From assembly GCF_009914755.1 (NCBI RefSeq), contig NC_060935.1: a stretch of DNA of 64,000 nt, one strand, 5' to 3'. The position numbers and the translations under genes are program-made. Each line of letters starts with the position of its first letter. The stretch's first letter is position 1. The stretch is from the human T2T-CHM13v2.0 reference genome, Homo sapiens. Of this stretch, positions 20,005 through 32,330 are shown piece after piece. Below the pieces are notes generated by a model. That model was not told the DNA's origin and ran no database searches. It saw only the letters and a list, made by a program, of their open reading frames with translations.

Positions 20005-22153
20005 TGTGATACTTAATTTTATATGTCAACTTCTCTGGCCCCCAGGGGGCCAAATACCTGGTTAAAATATCTGGGAGTGTCTGTGATGGTGTTTCTGGAA
20101 GAGATAGCATTTGAACTGGTGGACTAATAAAGCAGATGGCCATCTCTAATGTTGAGTGTGCATCATCTAACCCTTTGAGGGCCTGAATAGAGCAAGAATG
20201 TAGAAGTTTGAATTAACTCCGCCTAACTTCCTGAATTGTGACATTTATCTTCTCCTGCCTTCGATACTCCTAGGTCTCAGCTGTTCAGCTCTAGACTGGA
20301 ATTTACATCAGTGGCTTGCGTTTGGATCATAATCCTGAAAGACACAATTCCAAATGCCATAATCCTGAATGGTGAAATTCCAAAAGATCAAAATTCCAAA
20401 AGTTTAAATCCTGAAAGATCAAAATTCCCAATGTCTAAAATTGTGAAATTCACAATCCCAAAAGATTAAAATCCCAAATGTTGAAATCCTGAAAGCCAAA
20501 TTCTGGGAAGCTGTATGCAGGATAGTTACATCATGTAGGCAAAATTATTATCTTCTTATTGTCTTTATTTGCATTTGGTGGAAAAGTCAAATGAGTGGAT
20601 TAGCCACAGCATACAGCAACAAATAAAACTTCAGTTTAAAAATGCATCATTTACCTTCCTACTAATGACATTTCAGGAGGTTTTAATGAATTAAAGCTGA
20701 ATTTGCTTGAAGAAGCCAGTAAAGCTTACTGACTGGTTCAAAAATTATTATGTGCACAGTAGGATAAGAAGATGTAATGTTCACAATGGCATTGCTGTTC
20801 GATCACCAGCACTGTTTCTGCCAAACTTGTGTTCTGTCTATGAGGGCACGTGAAATGGATTTCTGTGAACCCTAAACAACGTAGAAGCATGGCACAGAAG
20901 GTAGAAAGCTTTAATAGGAAATGCTCATATCAGTATACATAGAATCATGGAAGAATTTTGAAAAGAGCAGTGCCACATAGGAAATGAACGTAAACATATT
21001 ATCTGAAGAGAGCCATGCCCTAAAAGAAAAAAGCAGATATTCATTGTGATGAAAGACTTCAAAATATAGTTAATGACCATGAAAGTCCGCCAGTTCTTAG
21101 GGATTGTCTCTGTGCAATTGCCCACAATCTGTCCTTGTAATAATACACTTTTTCATATGTCAAATTTTAGTTTTAGTTTTCTTTCTTAGTATATTTTTTA
21201 CTATTTTAAATTGTACTATTTTTACAACTTACTATGCATTTCATCTTTGTATCATTTTCAATACTGGAGGTGTAAATGGTGTAGAAACTTTTAGACAGTT
21301 CTGATACTTTTTATGCGTTTTCAAATTTGATTCCATGAAGTACATTATCACAATGTGGACTGTGTTTAAACATTATGCATATACATAAAAATACTGAAAC
21401 TTCTTCAATAAATAAAGAGATATCTTTTCTGTACATCTACATTGTGAAAGATAGAATTTCTCAAGATCTTAGCTCTTTGGGGTATGGTGTAAATGATGGT
21501 TTTGATTGGTCCCATCAAAAGACTTAGGTGGTTGGTCATGGTATTTCAGATGACCTCAGTTATAAAGCTAGGTGCACACAATTACCAACCATAGTGATAT
21601 GTGTTTATACATTTCCCTTTTTGACCTCTTTATGAATACAGTACATCTGCTCATAACTGTTATACCCATGTGACTGTTGTTAGCATATCTCAGTGTTTAT
21701 ACTTGCAAACATATGCATATTATTGCTTATTTTATCACATAAAGTGGCCTATGAAGTATTCATTCATGTTTTTATGTTTCTTAGATAAATCCTCCTTTAA
21801 AAATGTAAATAAATATTTTAGATAATTTTAATTTTCTCCAGAAGTACATTTTGGGGATTTTGATCTCTTGGGATTTCAACATTCAGGATTCTAGTGATGG
21901 GGCTTGTGCCTTTCGGGATTATGATTGGCTCCCCATTGGCTCTCTTGCTCTCAGGCCTTGGAAGTACATCAAAAGCTTGCCTGGGTCTCCAGTTTTCAGG
22001 TGGCAGAATGTGGGGCTTCTCTGCCTCCATAATTGCATGAGCCAATGATTTATAATAATCTCTTTTATCTACCTTTCTATCATTCAATCCATCAATCATG
22101 TATCTATCCATCTCCTATTGATTCTGTTTCTCTGGGCAATCCTGACTAATATA
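20005..22153 (+). mobile_element. MLT2 (ERVL) solo LTR split by Ricksha
   Basis: Starts TGTGATACTTAATTTTATATGTCAACTT; ends CTGTTTCTCTGGGCAATCCTGACTAATATA; LTR sequence at 20005-20317 and 21934-22153. Confidence 0.85.
20318..21933 (+). mobile_element. Ricksha (MULE/MuDR) DNA transposon, internally deleted
   Basis: Long TIRs (GTTTGGATCATAATCCTGAAAGACAC ... GTGCCTTTCGGGATTATGAT), subterminal AATCC/GGATT repeats, decayed transposase-like sequence; candidate 9-bp TSD CAGTGGCTT / CATTGGCTC. Confidence 0.85.
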
Positions 22154-23987
22154 TGCACCAACAAAAATATTTCTGCAGGGTAAGGCCCTAAGGCCTAAGA
22201 GAAATTTCCTGTTGCTTGAGCTAAAAATTAATCTAGGATCTATTACCAAAGCTATGTGGTTGGCGGACATTTTGAGTCACTCTGTGAAGTCTCACAACAA
22301 AATCCTGGATATCTAATCTGTTAGTAAGATAAATCTGTTTTAGGCCAAATGTATATAGGGAGCAAAAAGATTCAAGTCCAAATGAAAGAGAGAAAATTAG
22401 CCTAATGTCTTGAGCAGATATAGTATGGACATTTGATCAAACCTTTCTTGGCCAAGCCAGTAGTTCTGGAGACTATTTTCCTAGCCATTGGAATTAGTTA
22501 GGTTTTCCTGGTTCAAACAAAATAACTTGCTAACAAGCAAAGTGAACAATTTATTGGAATGCCACAAACATCTGGGAATTTGGGCAGAGCAGCAACCAAT
22601 GAAACTTTTAGAATCTTGTCTTCTTGTCTTTTTTTGCCAATGAGAAGACTCAGCATCTAGTACCTTTGACCTTGTCTTTACATCTTAGCTGGAGCTCCAT
22701 ACCCACAACTAATAGCTGCTAAATGTCTCGAATCATGTCTGAATAAGGGACCAGGTAACTATGCCATAGTACACATAGTCAATGGACTGGGATGAAACCA
22801 TCAGAAAGGATGTGGTAGATCTGTTTGCTACTTGTGGAAGTGGGGCACCAAGGTTATCAGCCACACAGAGTGGGAAAGGGAAGTTCCACAAACAAAAACC
22901 ACAGTGCTCCTTCTAAAAGAAGGGGAAATTATTCTTGGTTAGGCCAAAACAATAGATATTCATCATCATAACAGTTTCCATGGGAGGGTTCCCTTCTGGC
23001 ATTTCTTGGGAAAATTGTATATTTTTTTCTGAGTCCCATATCCTGAGAAAAATGGGTTTTAGAAATCAGAAAAATGGAGAGGGGGAAGTATTGCAATTCT
23101 CTTGTGAGAATAAAAGATTAACATTCAACTTAGAGACATTACTTCTGAAAGGAATGCAGTAACGTCAAGAAGAAAGCAAGAGCAGGAAAAGCTGACATGC
23201 AGAGTTGAAGGTCGAAGTCAACATTTCAAGTAACTGGGAAAGGGGCAAGAAGAGGAGAAACAATCACTGTCTCACCACTTTTGCTCATAGCTGTAGCCAT
23301 GTAATAAATGCACGTTCATGATGCTGTCTGTCACTAATGGTAAATTTTTACAATTAAAGTGAATGTTAAGGTTCTTCACATGTTATCCTTTATCCTCTCT
23401 ACTAAACCTATGGGTGGTGTTCCAAGAAATAAAAAGTTTTGAAAACAAAATAAGTTATTCAATTGATCTCTACACATGGTTCTGTGTAGAGCTGTTAATC
23501 TTAAAAGATTAGAATGTTACATCATTTAAAAGCCACTCAATAATATTCAACTTTTCTAGTACTTATATATTCAATCTAGACTACATTCTTTGTAAATAGT
23601 CTTACTAAACCAATGTATCTTACCTATTGAACAATTTTTTGATCTTCCTAATGAACTAGTACATGAGGAATATGGGAAGTATTTTAATCACAATTTATGA
23701 TTTAGGGTATTCTGGAGAATTTTGATCTTATTTCCAAATCCCTAATATTAGTGTCTGTCTGGAGTTTGGAAACTACACCAGCCACAGGGATGAGAGAGTG
23801 TTCAAAGAAAAAGCAAGAGAGGGAAACAAGGAGAAGGAAAGCTGGCTGAGTCTTCTTAAAAGGGAGAGCTGAGGCAGGTTTTACACTGTCATCCCTGAGA
23901 AGCAGAGAGAGACCCTTATGAAGGAAAACCAAGGGAGACACAGAGCAGGCGACTCTATTATGGAGATGTGAGAGAGGCACAGGGACA

Positions 23988-24003
23988 GCGCGTGCACGCG
24001 CAC

Positions 24004-24046
<43 letters not shown>
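23988..24046. repeat. Compound (CG/TG)n-(GA)n microsatellite
   Basis: GCGCGTGCACGCGCACGTGTGTG.. followed by about 15 GA units. Confidence 0.9.
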
Positions 24047-24049
<3 letters not shown>

Positions 24050-24649
24050 GTGGGGAGACAGAGAGAGACAGAGAGAGGCAGGTGATGGTAGGAGGAAAGG
24101 AAGAAAGCAGAAATAAGTTCTTTCTAAGGGGCTAAGGAAAACCATTAGAAATTCAACTTGTTTAAGTATTTAAGATTAGATAATTGTCTAAATGTGGCTG
24201 TGAGAGCTCAGTCTGGGCTGACCAGGCAAGGACCAGGTGGACCCGAGGAGGACCTCTCAACCCTCATTGGGAGGGGATGCACCTGCATATGGTTTCTAAT
24301 GGAGTTGGGGTATCCCTTCTGTCAAGGAGTAACTGTAAGTCCCATTTGGCCTCAAGGTCTCCAGAACCTTGAGGTGGACCAGCTGGTGTTCCCAGACAAT
24401 TGCTACAAATGGTGGGAATATATTATAGAATTTGTCCCCCAAACTCCACTGGCGATCCAAAAGGACTCACCTACAAGGACAAAGACCAGCTGACAGTGTT
24501 TAGAAAGAGATCTGTTTTATGAATGACTTGAATGACAATACAGAAGACATGCTTAACACTAACTGTACAAGTATAAGAAGTGAAGAGACTTCAAGGTTTA
24601 GACTGAGGGGAGACTCAGTGTGAATAATTAATAGGCAGGGCTGCAAAAA

Positions 24650-25170
24650 ATCTAATGTGATCTGTGATGAACAAACAATAATATTTCTCGTGAGTATCAA
24701 ATGAGATACTGCATGTGGTGTCAGGAATGCACTAAGTGCTCAAAAAGTGTTAACTACCACTAATGCTGTGGTTACTGTTTGCTATTGTTAACATGAGGGT
24801 GAGAAGAAGGGAGAAGAACGGTGACTGCTCCAGGGCCTGTGTCCTTGCTCTGCCCTCCTGTTTCCTCTCTTTTCTTTTCTTCTACACTCTCCCTTAACTC
24901 TACTTCAGCGTTGCTGGGGATGGCAAAAATGGAGTTAGGAAATGAGGGGAGATGGGAACTAGGATCAGTAGTCAACCTGAAATTCCTCATACCTAATAGG
25001 CCCATGTCAGGAGCTTTCTGTGGATCATGTGACTGAATCCTCACAACACCTCCAAAAGTTAGAAATTATGGCTTCCTCATTTTCCAAACAACAAACCAAG
25101 GCTCAAAAAGTGACTCTTCCAATGTTATAGAGCTAAGAGGAGGCAGAACTGGGATTTAAAGCTACATCCT
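24650..25170. mobile_element. MIR remnants (two fragments, ~24650-24760 and ~25035-25170)
   Basis: MIR-like motifs AAATGAGATACTGCATGT..AAGTGCTCAAAAAGTGTTAACT and AAACCAAGGCTCAAAAAGTGACT. Confidence 0.5.
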
Positions 25171-26432
25171 TTCATTTTTCTTCATGGCTTTCTCTATGTG
25201 ACTAGAGACCCATTGTAGCAGCTGCAATTTTCTGAGTCTGCAGCAGGGGTGGTGGGGTTTGGGGGTGGAAATGAGGGTGTGTGTGGAAGGGTTCTGGGGG
25301 ATTCTGGATTGGGGTAGGAGAAGAAAGAGGATTCAACAAACATAAGTATGTCTATGTTGTATTTCCAACCAATTCAAAATGTCTGTTCCCCTAAGAGTGG
25401 CTCAACAATAGTATCTTTGCTTTTTAGTTCCAGAAAAATGGTTGGATTTTAGACTTCTAAATTTGCCCGCAGCCCCTGATGGGTTAGATGAAACACCTCC
25501 AATTTGAAGTGGCTGTACAAGGAAAATCGAGCTGTGAGAGTCATTGGCAAGTTTTTATTTTCCTTTCACCTCAAAGCTCTCATATTCAATTTGGATAAAA
25601 AAAATTACAGGATGAAAAAAAGCTCTCCCTTTGGAGATAAAAATAGCACATGCCACATCACTTCTAAGAGCAAGCTAGCAGCTGAAACAAATTATTTATA
25701 TCGTATCCCTGGCCCTTTTCTAAGTTTGTTGGTCACCTTTCTGTTTAATTACTCTTGCCATTATGATTTAAAGCTCTCACATTTATGGCATTCATTTCAG
25801 TAGCACCTGCTTGCATGGATTTTTTTTTTTTCTCAGCTTTACAGTTTAGCCAAGTCACACCAAATAGCAGTTTTAGAAGTTCATTACCCACTTCTGAGCC
25901 CTTTACCCTGAAAACAATAGCTATAATTTTAGAAGAAAAAGATACTGACTAGTCAATGACTTTACTTATACTGCAAAATTTTCACAAATTATCTTGTTCT
26001 GTATTCAGCTACCAGTTCCCAAATCTATGTAGAAAAATGATCAAGTCTGGGGGGGGTCTATCTTTGTTTTCTCTTTTCTTCTCTCTTAGTTGAAAGTAAA
26101 TAATAGTTTAGGGGGCATGGAGAAGAATATATATTTAAAATGTTATTTTTTTCATTTACAGAAACATTTTCTGGTACCCGGTGGACTTGGGATAGGCAGA
26201 AACCTTATTAACTAAAATTTGAGAACTCTTTAGTTTGGTAACTTTGGAGTGGTTCTTTGTTGTGGTTTGAATTCTAGGATGGGAGCAAAAGCTGTCAACA
26301 ACCTTGGAGAATTACTGAACTTTTCCTGCATTTGTTCTTCACCAATATAAGAAATTGCTCTCTTCAGCATGGGGACTAGTGGAGCTTACTTTAAAAAAAT
26401 AAGGACAGGGTGATATTTCTCTTCCTTTGAAC

Positions 26433-27458
26433 TGAAGGGGTGGCCTGCCCCTACACACTTGTGGGTATTTCTAGTCAGGTGAGACAAGAGACTGAGAAAA
26501 GAAATAAGACACAGAGACAAAGTATATAGAAAGAACAGTGGGCCCAAGGGACCAGCACTCAGCACACCAAGGACCTGCACTGGCACTGGCCTCTGAGCTC
26601 CCTCAGTTTTTATTGATTATTATTTTCATTATTTCAGCAAAAATGAATGTAGTAGGAGAGCAGGGTGATAATAAGGAGAAGGTCAGCAAAAAACATGTGA
26701 GCAAAAGAATCTATGTCATAATTAAGTTCAAGGGAAGGTACTATGCCTGGATGTGCACGTAGGCCAGATTTATGTTTCTCTCCACCCAAACATCTCAGTG
26801 GAGTAAAGAATAGCAAGGCAGCATTGCCACAAACATGTCTCACCTCCCAACACAGGGTGGTTTTTCTCCTCTCAGAATTGAACAAATGTACAATTGGGTT
26901 TTATGCTGAGATATTCAGTTCCCAGGGGCAGGCAGGCGACAGTGGCCTTCCTCTATCTCAACTGCAAGAGGCTCCTCTTTTACTAAACTACCTCAGCACA
27001 GACCATTTATGGGTGTCGGGCTGGGGGGTGGTCAGGTCTTTCTCATCCCACAAGGCCATATTTCAGACTATCACATGGGGAGAAACCTTGGACAATACCC
27101 CGCTTTCAAGGGCAGGGGTCCCTGTGGCTTTCCGCAGTGCATTTTGCCCTTGGTTTATTGAGACTAGAGAATAGCGATGACTTTTACCAAGTATACTGCT
27201 TGTAAATATTTTGTTAACAAGGCACGTCCTGCACAGCCCTACATCCCTTAAACCTTGATTTTATACAACACATGTTTTTGTGAGCTCCAGGTTGGGTCAA
27301 AGTGGCTGGGGCAAAGTGGTTGGGGCAAAGCTACAAATTAACAACATCTCAGCAAAGCAATTGTTCAAAGTACAGGTCTTTATCCAAATGGATTTTCCTA
27401 TGTCTTTCCTTTCTATATAGACACAGTAACAGTCTGATTTCTCTTTCTTTTCCCTACA
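26433..27458 (-). mobile_element. HERV-K(HML-2) solo LTR, LTR5A-like, 1026 bp
   Basis: Minus strand begins TGTAGGGAAAAGAAAGAGAAATCAGACTGTTACTGTGTC and ends GGGGCAGGCCACCCCTTCA; TG..CA termini; TSD TGAAC (26428, 27459). Confidence 0.9.
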
Positions 27459-29019
27459 TGAACTATCTTATCCTTGGGAAGAAGAAATAATTTGTAAACA
27501 GAACTTTGTCCCCCTATCCATGGTGATTGAAATTTAATGATACTGAGGAGAAAACACACAAGCAGGGATGACAAAATATCGAAGGGGGATTTGGGAAAGG
27601 CCTGTTTCACACCATTCACACATTCAGATTAGAAGGCTAACAATTATTTATGAGGTGGTCAAGTCATGAATTATTAACTATAGAGTGATGGCTTTGCTAG
27701 TGATAGAATTTTCTTAGCACTTTGTTTATTTTAGCAAACATTAGCTTACCACACTACATTAAGAGTGAACATTTAAAAGAACTGTACCAAAATATTTTTG
27801 TCAGCGTGTTTGTCATTGACAATTTGAAAGGAAACAGAAAGCTTTGTCCTCGTGCAGTGAAAGCTCTCACTTGCAGCCTACACAAAGCCAGAGAGGTAGG
27901 GCCAGATTCGTATCTGCACTTGTGTGGGGCAGAATGGGGGTTGCTGATTGGCAGGGGCCCTAGCCCTGTGAGAACATAGTTATTAGGAACAAATCAGGAC
28001 AGAGAAACGCCTCACTTTTCTGGACTGTTCAAGTTCAAATTAACTTTGGGGAATGGAAAGCCAGTCTCACTGATTGGAGAGTGGAATCTTTCAGGCAGAG
28101 TGAGTCTCATGAGGTCAACCTGGCCAGCATCCTGCTTTTGGGCAGGATATACATAAAAGACACTGGAAAAGTGACCATCCTATGGCAGATATCCCTCAAA
28201 AAGGCATATTTAACTTTAATGAAATAACAGTTCAGGGCTGAACTTACATTGAAATTGACAAATGTAATTTTGAATCTCATTAAGGCTGTCAAATTTTTGA
28301 GTTAGACATAAAGTAAAAGAATGCTGCAATTCCCAACTTCCTGTTCATAAAGTAAAAACTAAAAATTGTAAATTTCTGATTTATATTTTACCTTTTTGAT
28401 ACAAAATGCAACGACCTAGCTCCATAACACACATTTTAAAATTTTGTTCCTTTCCTTCTTAATTGACCACCTAAGAGTAAAATTAATCCTTCTGGGGTTA
28501 AAAGTAGTTCGCATTAGGCATGCCTAATAACTTCTTTCAAACTTAACGGTTTTCATTAATTTTCAACACACTTGATCATTAGAATCAGTACTCTTGCTTT
28601 CCAATTTGTACTCATTTAATAATAAAAGCATAAAAGCTAAATTCAATATGTTGGTTGTACAGTTTGAGGATCACATGCAAACAATAACGCCCTTTATTTA
28701 GAGAGTAGTTTACTTTTTTCAGAGCATTTAGACAGTCTTGCAAAAGGACTAGTTTCTCTGAGAATACACATTTGAAAGAATATCCATCTATCAAAGGACA
28801 AAATGAGGTTATTAAAATGGCTTTCTTAACTGCAATGATTGTGGCATCAGAAACTAGGGCTTGCATTTCTTTTATGAAAGTGGAGAAAATTAATTTTCTT
28901 TGAATGCTATGTTTGCCTGATTCAGGAACAGCTGCTCCATTTCCGACTTTTGAATCTTTTCTTTACAAGACTAAATAACCCGATGACAAGTTTTATACTT
29001 AAAAGTTAACAGGAGATAA

Positions 29020-29355
<336 letters not shown>

Positions 29356-29389
29356 TAGGCTAAACACAACAGAAAAGCCTTGTGAAGAA

Positions 29390-29620
29390 ATGTTCCATAA
29401 TGGTCATGAATGTGGGCTCTGACATTGGGCAGACCTGAATTGTACCCTGGCACTGCCACCGACTAGCTATGAGACTTTGGGGCAAGCCACAACAACTTTG
29501 TACCTCAGTTTCTTTACCTGTAAAATGGGGGATAGCAGTACTTGTTCATAATTGCTGCATGAATTAAATAATAGGATGCATGAAAATATTTTACAATAGA
29601 GCCTGGCTTAAAAATATATT
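29390..29620 (+). mobile_element. MIR
   Basis: Core TACCTCAGTTTCTTTACCTGTAAAATGGGGGATA. Confidence 0.75.
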
Positions 29621-29974
29621 AATATTTTGTTGTAGTCACATATTAATAATTACTATTATTTTCCTTTTAGCAGTCATTATTCTTTTACTCATCCACTGCA
29701 AACCTTCATTTATTATTTTACAGGTAACCTGGCTACTTTCCAAATAATTTTAGTCAGTTTAAAAGAAAACCAGAGGTATAGTAAGACCCAAACCAATTAA
29801 TATAAAAGACAAAAATCTGAAAGAGAAATGGAACAACTGTGATGAGAATTCCTGGTTGAAGAAAGACACAGCAATGAACACGCAACTTAGCTCTGAGATT
29901 CTTACCAACCAGGGCAAAGAGGGAAACACAAAGGATTCAACAATTGAGTAGATTGCCATCTAGATGAAAATATT

Positions 29975-30420
29975 CCAGTTTGTTTTAATTATCAATAGCA
30001 GCATAACAAGCTACCCAAAACTTGTGGTTTAAACTATAATGATTTATATTTTTTCAGGGTTCTGTGGGTTGGCTGAGTGATTGTTCTGCTGATCTTGCTC
30101 GGGGTCACACATGTGACTTAGGATCATATATGTAGTTGACGGATCACTGGAGGCTGGGATCAGCTGGGGATGTTTATCATGATATCTTATTTCATCTCCA
30201 TGTGGTGAACTTGAACTTCCTAACAGCATGGCAGTCTCAAGTTAGCACTGCAAGAGGGAGAGTTCCAAAAGGACATTCCTTAATATACAAGTGCTTATCA
30301 AGTCTCTGCTCATTTGATGTGTCTCATGATGAAATCAAATCATATGACCAATTTCAGAGTAACCCAAAGTTGGAACGCCAGAAGTCATGGGTTATGGGGT
30401 CCACAGTCCACCACAGTTTC
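29975..30420 (-). mobile_element. Old MaLR LTR (MLT1-family) remnant
   Basis: GCATAACAAGCTACCCAAAACTTGTGGTTTAAAC and CTTCCTAACAGCATGGCAGTCTCA match antisense MLT1 by recall. Confidence 0.6.
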
Positions 30421-30473
30421 TTATGACAGGCTGAGTTAGAAATAATCTGGAACTCATTGGCCCCTATAACTAC

Positions 30474-30781
30474 TTTTTTTAAAATTTTTTTGTTTTTTTT
30501 GAGCTGGAGTCTCGCACTGTTGCCCAAGCTGGAGTACAGTGCTGTGATTTTGGCTTACTGCAACTTCCGCTTCCCAGATTCAAGTAATTCTCCTGCCTCA
30601 GCCTCTTGAGTAGCTAGGATTACAAGCATGTGCCACCACGCCCAGCTACTTTTTGTATTTTTAGTAGAGATGGGGTTTCACCACGTTGGCCAGGCTGTTC
30701 TTGAACTCCTGACTTCAGGCGATCTGCCCGCCTCAGCCTCCCAAAGTGCTGAGATTACAAGTATGAGCCATCGCACCCAAC
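30474..30781 (-). mobile_element. AluS, antisense
   Basis: Reverse-complement Alu; TSD CCCCTATAAC at 30461 and 30782. Confidence 0.95.
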
Positions 30782-31329
30782 CCCCTATAACCATTTTTAA
30801 TATTTGCCTCATATAAACAGCTGTCTTCATGCTTTAAATGCTTTTAATTATTAAATCTTGCTTCTGTGTGTTACACTCTTCTTCCCTTTACCCCCTTTAT
30901 AGTGAGACCATCAGTCTGTGTCTTATCAACCCCTATCAGCCAGAAACTACAAAAATTTTGTTAGCCTTCTACTTCCAGCAGCCCTGGAACAATTTTCTTT
31001 GCCCCTTTGCTGATGATCCCCCCACACCTTCTTTACCAAAATGAAGTTCAGCAATAGTCCTGTGCATGCTGTCGATGGATGCAAACACTTCAGCACATCT
31101 CCTTGAGCTATGATGAATCACCGTTCTTGTGTGAGTTAGACCAACTGAAGAAACATTCGAAGTACAGATTCCTGGGCCTATTATAGCCTTACAGAGAGAT
31201 AATATGGGACATTCTATAAGCACAAATAAGGATTGCCCTCTGAATTATACTCTCTTGCCCTTCTTTTGCCTTCTGACATCATTTTTCTTTTAGCATTTTA
31301 TGTATCCTTGGCCTACTTTACCTCTGAGT

Positions 31330-31980
31330 ACATAAGTATGGGCAAGAGTGTGGGAGCTACAAGCAAACGGCCTTGGATACAATTCTTTCCATCTCTTTTG
31401 ATCACGGTGTAACTTTGGATAAATCATGTTGCCTCTCTGAGCTTGCTTCATCATTGCTGAAGTGGAAATAATACTTCCTACCTCATATTATCTTCATAAA
31501 AACTAAATGTGACAATACAGGTAAAGTGTGGTGCCTCAAACATAGTAAGAATTCTATTATTGCTATGATTGTACTTTCTGTGGTGCATAAGAATAAAGCC
31601 AATGCAGAAGAAAGCAGAGTTCACAGGTAGGGAAGCTACCTAATCTCTGATGTCATTGTTTGAGCCTTTGGATCCAGTTGTGCCTGAAGCCTATTCTCGT
31701 TGAGCTTCTCAGTTACTAAGGTTACTAAGGTTTTTGGTTTAAGCCAGCTGGGGTTAGATATCTGTCACTTATAACGGAGAAGTTCTGGCATATGTAGGAC
31801 CAAACCTATACTGTGTCAGTTTCAGCTGATGAATATGTTTTAAATGCAGATTCTTGATCCTACCATTAGATATTCTGATTTTGTTGGCTTGGAATGGGGC
31901 CCAGGAATACGTACTTTTGGGGTTCTCAAGATGACTCAGATGTCACCAGCCTACACATCCACTTTAGGAAACTATTGCCT
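31330..31980. mobile_element. Cluster of old repeats (MIR, MLT1 3' end, MER5-like)
   Basis: Degenerate motifs only; members and limits approximate. Confidence 0.45.
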
Positions 31981-32134
31981 TAAATTAGGAGTCTTTTTAT
32001 TTGGCGGTCCTTCAGGGCTTTGTAAGGTACCTTGCAAATAAAAGGACCATTAGCCCATTACATATTTGTTGACTTGAACACACATTTTCAAGAATATGGG
32101 CAAAGAGACAGCCCAGATTCCTTTTCCTTTGAAG

Positions 32135-32330
32135 GTATTATTTTTAATAGACAAATAACAGTTATATATCTTTATGGGTTACAATGTGATGTTTCAATAC
32201 ATGCGTATGTTGTGGAATGATGAAAGTAGCCTAAGTAGCATATTCATCACCTCAAATATTTATTTTTTCTTTGTGGAGAACATTCAAAATTATTTTTTTC
32301 TTAGCTATTTGGAACTACGCAGTAATTATT
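32135..32330 (-). mobile_element. L1MA-family 3' end fragment
   Basis: TTTATGGGTTACAATGTGATGTTTCAATACATG..AGCATATTCATCACCTCAAATA, typical antisense L1MA 3'UTR. Confidence 0.65.

Noticed and set aside
23702-24493. 147-aa and 111-aa ORFs
   Set aside because: The first runs through a microsatellite (SLSLSL/HTHT); neither has a recognisable motif.
26743-27174. 143-aa ORF
   Set aside because: Lies antisense within the LTR5 solo LTR; no gag, pol or env sequence is present.
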